From a virus, in IMG/VR virus record IMGVR_UViG_3300020448_000002, positions 1 to 64,000 of that record: a stretch of 64,000 nt of DNA, one strand, 5' to 3'. The translations under genes and the position numbers were made by a program. The notes beneath the pieces were generated by a model that worked only from the letters and a program-made list of their open reading frames with translations, did not search any database and was not told where the DNA came from. The first letter of the stretch is position 1, and every line of letters begins with the position of its first letter. This document shows, piece after piece, positions 59,301 to 64,000 of this stretch.

Positions 59301-62300
59301 ATGGTCTACTAGTTGGAGATCAGGTTACCATCTATGGTGCTAACCCAATCATCTATAATGGAACTTTCTTAGTTACATCAAGAGATTCTACCACTGTATT
59401 CCAATATCAACTACCTCAACCAGGTGGAGTTATACCACAAGGTAATATTCTTGTTTCTATTGACCTTAATAAGGGTAAATCATCAAGTGAACAAATTTTA
59501 ACTGCTATTGGTTCGTACACCACTAACGTTCAGAACACATTTTTCAACGACAATTACGTTTACGTTGCTTCTACAGGTATTCCAAACTATGACATAGGTC
59601 CGTTTCCTGGTTCTGCACTATTGCCTGGTAACCAAAGAAAATTAAACAGATTCCCAAGAGTTGCTCAAACTATATCTACAAAGAACTTAATTAATCCAGG
59701 TCCTGTTGGAACTTGGGTTAATGGTGTTTCTATATGGTCATATAAGTCATCTCTATTCAAAACATTTGGTGCTGTAACTGGTATTACAATTACTAACACT
59801 GGTAAAGACTATGATGCTGCGTCACCTCCTAATATTACTATTGCAGGTGGTGGAGGATCTGGTGCAACAGGTTCTGTTGTTGTTAACGGTTCTCTTAGTG
59901 AAGTAGAAGTTCTTACTGGAGGATCTGGTTATACATCCTCACCATTGGTCTCTATAGTCGGTGGTAACGGGTCTGGAGCTGCTGCTACTGCCATTATAAC
60001 CAAAGGTGTTGTTTCACGTATTCTAATCAATTCTGGAGGAACTGGATATACTTCACAACCATCAATTACTATTGTTGGAGGTGGTGGAACTGGTGCAACT
60101 GCAACAGCAAACGTCAGAGGTCCTATTCAATCTATTTCAGTTGATCAAGGTGGTGCATCATATACCTCTAAACCAACAGTAACACTAAGTTCTGGATCAG
60201 GTGCTGTTGCTCAAGCAATTGTACAGAATGGTCGTATTATATCAATCGCTATCATTTCTGCAGGGTCAGGTTATACAACTGCTCCTATAATAAGCATTCA
60301 AGGTGATGGATTTGGTGCTGTTGCTAGAGCAGGTATTGATGTTGATGGTGAAAACGCAGGAAGAGTTACAAGTGTTCAGATTCTTAATAGAGGTATTGGA
60401 TATATTCAAGGAACCACATTAATTAATCTAACTTCAGTTGGTCAAGATGCATTATTTACAGCAAATGTATTCCAGTGGACTTATAACTTACAAGCAACTA
60501 GTGTATTAGATACTGCTAAAGGTGGAGTATTTGAAGGATTTAATAATCAGTACGGTGGTGAATATGCTCACTTATCAAACCCACAAAGACTAAGATATGT
60601 TCTTGGTGATAACTTACAAGAACCAACAGTAGGAACTATAGTTGAACAAGCAGAACAGTTAAATCACTCACCTATTGTTGGTTGGGCATTTGATGGAAAC
60701 CCAATTTACGGTCCTTATGGTTATGCTGATCCTACAGATCAAGCATCTGCTATCAATAGATTAAACAGTTCTTATAAACTTAAAACTGAACTTGTATATG
60801 ATGTAGTTACAAATCCTTATCCTAGCAGAACTGCAGGTCCTTTACTAACTGAAGAGGCAGCAGGTAACTTTGTAGAAGATTATGAGTATGTGTTTGGTTT
60901 AGGTGATCTTGATCAGTATAATGGTCGTTTCTGTAAAACACCTGAGTTTCCTGCAGGTAGATATTGTTACTTCGTTACTATTGACACTACAGAGCAAGGT
61001 AATGCAGTATTTCCTTATGTTTTAGGTCCTAGTTTCAACTCTGTTGTTGATACTTGGAACTTAACTGACGGTGCAACACAACAGAATATTCCTACTGGTG
61101 TTGTTAGATATCGTGATCCATATGAGAACGTTGATATTGACGTTGAGAGGGCACCAAATGCCTCTACAAACGCTCTAACTACCGAAGACGGTGAATTGCT
61201 CCTATTTGAAGTAGAAGACGAGAATAGAGACGCTGTGATCTCTCAGGATGAGATAGATGATCCTGATCAAATCTTTGAAGAAGCACCTCTACAGTTATTT
61301 GATTATTTCCCTAAAGTTAAGTTTGACTCTAAGGTTGATATTGAAGTTGAGACAATTACTAAGTTTGAAGATGCTTCTGTAACTGGATTTACAGTAGAAA
61401 ATCCTGGTACATCATATCAGGTTAATGATAGACTAGTATTTGATAACACAGATACTGATGGTACTGGTGTTTCTGCTCGTGTTTCTCATATTAAAGGAGA
61501 AGCAGTTTCAACATATGGGTATGAAAGTATTGGTGGTATCAACTATGGTGTTCTAAAAACTACAACTCCACATAACTTATCTGTTGGTGATCAGGTTGTT
61601 GTAGACTATACACCTATAATGAACAACACTAATAAGACTTTTGTTGTTAAACAAATAAAAGGTGTTGAAGAGATTGTTATTGATCAGCAAGGTTCTGGAT
61701 ATAATAGTGAATTACCTCCTACAATCATTCTTGATGGTGATGGAACTGGTGCAGCATTAGAAGCAGTTGTAACAACTGTAGGATCTATTGCTTCAGTTAC
61801 TATTACTAACTCTGGTCAAAATTATACTACAAACCCAAGAGTTATACTATCACACCCTCAAATCTACAAAAAAGCAGATTACTATATTTCTAAGATTGCA
61901 AATGAGGATTATGTTAAGGTTAATGATGTATTTGTAAATGATGCTAAAGAAATATTCATTTGTGGTAAAACAAAAGATTCTTTTGGATATACTATTGGAT
62001 TCTTAGCAAAACTATCTGCTACTGGTGTAAAGGACTGGGAGAAGACACTTAAGAGTACTGATGGACAACAAGAAGTAGAATTTGAAAGAATATTGATTGA
62101 TGGACAAGATATTTACGTTGCAGGTCACAATAAACCAAATGCAAGTATCTTAGAAGCATATAACCCTGATGTTATTCTTTGTAAGTATACACAGGCAGAA
62201 AATGGATTAAGTGCTACTTTACAGTATCAGAAAGCATATGCAGGTATATCTGGTTCTACTCGTTCTGATAATATTAGTGCTATTGCAAAATACTCTGACA

Positions 62301-64000
62301 CTAGATTTGTTTTAGGTGGTTTTACTAATACTAACTCTGGTAATCCATTTGATGCTTATATTGCTGTTGTAGACACACTTGGTAACTTTGCTGTTAAGAG
62401 AAAGATTACTTCTGTAAATGTTTCTGAAAAAGTTACAGATTTACTTGTAAATGGAACTGACATATACTATACACTAGAAATTGCTACAAGTCCTAATGCA
62501 ACAAGCGTTGACACAGGTATTGGTAAAGCAACTGTAGGTACTAGTGCAATTACTCTTGTTTGGACTAAGCAATTAACTAATACACTGTATTCATTCATGG
62601 ATACAAGTCTTACTGTTGATGAGTTTAGTGAACTATACCTTACTGCTACAACAAGACTTAAAGCAGATAATACAACTAAAGATGGTTTCTGGATTGGTAA
62701 ACTTAATACAGAAGGTGTATTCCTTTGGAATTATCGTTATGCAGTAACTGGTGGATACACTGTTAATGTTGCTAAGAGAACTCATATTGATATATTTGGC
62801 GATCTTAACATTGCTCTTAACAAATATCAAAATACAGATGGTGAATTAACTGTTGATGTAATTAAAGTTGGTTATAACGGTATTATTAAATCACAGACAA
62901 ATAATAAATTTAATCTTAATAATGTTGAAGGTGTAACTGCACATACTTTATTCCCTGATAGTTCTGGTGATGTTCATGTATATGGTCAGACTTCTTGGAA
63001 TAGAAATGAACTTCTAATACCATTTACAAGTGGTGCAACTACAGATGTTACAGGACACTATACAGCAACGTTTGTAGGAGATGGAAACTCACTTCAATAT
63101 GACACTTCTAATGGATATGCAAAATTACTAGGAAAAGACTCTACTACTCCTAGTACTTGGGTAAATTCAGTTATACAAGTTAATGGATCAGATTTAACAA
63201 CTAAAATGACTGGCGACTGGACTATTGAGTTCATGTTGTTTAAAGATGCTGCTAATAACAATAATACACACTCTCAAACACAACAAACCCTAATAGCAAT
63301 AGGTGATGCAACCTTATCTACTGGTGGTCTATGGTTGTATTATGATATTGCATCTGGAGAGATGCAGTTAGTTGTTACTGCAAATGGAACTGCACTTAAC
63401 TCTGCATCAGGTTCACTACAATCTACAGTTACAACAATGTTTGCCGATAATACTTGGCAATTTGTTGCACTTACTAAATCTGCAGGTCAATTTACAGCAT
63501 ATGTTAATGGTATACAAGTTCTTCAAGGAACTATTGATAATACTGCATTCCAGAATCAAAATCTATACATTGGTAATATTCCTGGTAAGAGTGGAACATT
63601 AAATCAATTCCGTTCTAATGAACAAGGTCAATATCATGTAGATAATCTTCGTGTTAGAAACAGAGCTGTTACTCCTACAGTTCCTAATGATGTTACTAAC
63701 TATCCTATTGCAGGTGAGTTTAGTGAAGGATTCACATGGACTGATACATCATGGTTCTCTACTTACACTAACAAATATGATTATATTGATTATGTTGGTT
63801 GGGGTTTAAAAGTTGATAAAAACTCTGATGCTGCAAGACTTGGAACTCAAACTGTTCAAACTAACACACAAGTTGGATTTGTTAGAACTGCTATTGCAAT
63901 ACAAACAGGTTCAGAATTAACTGTTAATAATACTGGATTTGGATTAGCAGAAGCAGGATTCCAAAACTTAGACTTTGATGATGCTGATACAACAATGACT
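56384..64000 (+). CDS. gp7: giant baseplate wedge initiator gp7-like protein, partial (more than 2500 aa)
   Basis: ATG at 56384 gives MTNINKVSQAVVSQTPDFVESDYPLFNRFLEYYY...; KGT..S..YLFKLLYG; GSGYT..P repeats. Frame spot-checked and appears open to the window end. Confidence 0.85.
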   Translation, partial: MTNINKVSQAVVSQTPDFVESDYPLFNRFLEYYYASQEKTGLGQNILNNFLGYLDIDKLDISILDGATKVREAITATSDRIVVESVDSFLEKNGTILVDGEVIFYESTTSSPNIALTPGVNYDQVKLKWDELASPLTSFDGTTSRFPLTSQSNPVGPPSAQHLIVRVYGDWLLPNVDYTIDGDHIVFTNPPRARVVADDASYTYITYLNGFVENQIVAMDNISGAFGENKRQFTITRNGVRYEPTVDEYCLAIYDNKLMIPKVDFFIDGDQFIFNTAPLNGRILSFYVIEAPIPSFGKDAVGFAQVDDAGTLTGITVNNTGSQYRFQYPPQVSVNSDTGSGASATALVNGVKTLSLLNGGFGYSETNPPVVQVESPTLDGSQQATLKATVTNGAVSSLEIVNSGSGYTFTPRITFRQPGGCTLGTGQILNGSISAVPPITYGGFGYTTAPVVYVDEPTGESPIRANIQATVLNGEVTALTILNAGQGYTSTPRIAIIDPVGAQVLETVIDTDGRVTSIELLDGGNGYEDVPSVYIVDNRLDDRGTFIGGTGATASASIFNGRITDINVTEFGSGYSQTTPPTVVIQAPPSADASASIGVNEVTGFNINQNGSGYTKAQFIGCARAASAITSYTESGNAVFTETTSAVAHSLDSPVKCLDALFVKRLLDKYTQQYLPDVPSLDYNTIDVRTAIKTIKDFYSCKGTSYSIAYLFKLLYGEQVNISYPKDQIIKPSAATWSIDTILRATIVSGDPANIRDGLLTQDADIADENIRAASALVENFISIKTSQTEIYELILSEETIDGTFIVPYKTKLAEPLNQTEGIITVDSTIGWPERNGEFLIGSSSDTAELIQYKEKSLNQFIECTRSVNNVVEDWDSATEVKSNFKVYVNKGTAQEVIMNVVGIVDAQQTTLTDTGSYYLPGDKLAISKLGGTDTSSELITWLYNVKKLIAITGITFGGINDQAATVTCANPHGLLVGDQVTIYGANPIIYNGTFLVTSRDSTTVFQYQLPQPGGVIPQGNILVSIDLNKGKSSSEQILTAIGSYTTNVQNTFFNDNYVYVASTGIPNYDIGPFPGSALLPGNQRKLNRFPRVAQTISTKNLINPGPVGTWVNGVSIWSYKSSLFKTFGAVTGITITNTGKDYDAASPPNITIAGGGGSGATGSVVVNGSLSEVEVLTGGSGYTSSPLVSIVGGNGSGAAATAIITKGVVSRILINSGGTGYTSQPSITIVGGGGTGATATANVRGPIQSISVDQGGASYTSKPTVTLSSGSGAVAQAIVQNGRIISIAIISAGSGYTTAPIISIQGDGFGAVARAGIDVDGENAGRVTSVQILNRGIGYIQGTTLINLTSVGQDALFTANVFQWTYNLQATSVLDTAKGGVFEGFNNQYGGEYAHLSNPQRLRYVLGDNLQEPTVGTIVEQAEQLNHSPIVGWAFDGNPIYGPYGYADPTDQASAINRLNSSYKLKTELVYDVVTNPYPSRTAGPLLTEEAAGNFVEDYEYVFGLGDLDQYNGRFCKTPEFPAGRYCYFVTIDTTEQGNAVFPYVLGPSFNSVVDTWNLTDGATQQNIPTGVVRYRDPYENVDIDVERAPNASTNALTTEDGELLLFEVEDENRDAVISQDEIDDPDQIFEEAPLQLFDYFPKVKFDSKVDIEVETITKFEDASVTGFTVENPGTSYQVNDRLVFDNTDTDGTGVSARVSHIKGEAVSTYGYESIGGINYGVLKTTTPHNLSVGDQVVVDYTPIMNNTNKTFVVKQIKGVEEIVIDQQGSGYNSELPPTIILDGDGTGAALEAVVTTVGSIASVTITNSGQNYTTNPRVILSHPQIYKKADYYISKIANEDYVKVNDVFVNDAKEIFICGKTKDSFGYTIGFLAKLSATGVKDWEKTLKSTDGQQEVEFERILIDGQDIYVAGHNKPNASILEAYNPDVILCKYTQAENGLSATLQYQKAYAGISGSTRSDNISAIAKYSDTRFVLGGFTNTNSGNPFDAYIAVVDTLGNFAVKRKITSVNVSEKVTDLLVNGTDIYYTLEIATSPNATSVDTGIGKATVGTSAITLVWTKQLTNTLYSFMDTSLTVDEFSELYLTATTRLKADNTTKDGFWIGKLNTEGVFLWNYRYAVTGGYTVNVAKRTHIDIFGDLNIALNKYQNTDGELTVDVIKVGYNGIIKSQTNNKFNLNNVEGVTAHTLFPDSSGDVHVYGQTSWNRNELLIPFTSGATTDVTGHYTATFVGDGNSLQYDTSNGYAKLLGKDSTTPSTWVNSVIQVNGSDLTTKMTGDWTIEFMLFKDAANNNNTHSQTQQTLIAIGDATLSTGGLWLYYDIASGEMQLVVTANGTALNSASGSLQSTVTTMFADNTWQFVALTKSAGQFTAYVNGIQVLQGTIDNTAFQNQNLYIGNIPGKSGTLNQFRSNEQGQYHVDNLRVRNRAVTPTVPNDVTNYPIAGEFSEGFTWTDTSWFSTYTNKYDYIDYVGWGLKVDKNSDAARLGTQTVQTNTQVGFVRTAIAIQTGSELTVNNTGFGLAEAGFQNLDFDDADTTMT

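Noticed and set aside
56379-64000. Apparent 7.6-kb gap in the ORF track
   Set aside because: It is a long ORF that runs off the window end (gp7-like), not non-coding DNA.

Overview
A 64-kb segment of an AT-rich T4-like marine cyanophage (myovirus of Prochlorococcus/Synechococcus type). All assignments come from motifs and gene order read by eye; no database search was run. In order the window holds: (1) a baseplate/tail module (gp53, gp48, gp4, gp54-like, gp26, gp51, two paralogous ~1000-aa tape-measure-like genes, gp27-like, gp5) with CP12-like and cpeT genes inserted; (2) tail-fibre genes ending in two Gly/His-rich paralogues, followed by a coupled 13-gene operon with a flavin-dependent halogenase and 10 2OG-Fe(II)/cupin oxygenases; (3) an accessory/early region with a nuclease-methyltransferase pair, a second methyltransferase, an SF2 helicase and many small ORFs behind a repeated palindrome-plus-(-10) promoter; (4) gp25, gp6 and the start of a giant gp7-like gene. 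The strongest leads are a candidate -1 programmed frameshift fusing gp26 to a start-less gp51 just before the tape-measure genes, the halogenase/oxygenase operon beside the fibre-tip genes, and a palindrome found about 11 times at near-fixed spacing from -10 boxes. No rRNA, tRNA, CRISPR array or IS element was recognised.
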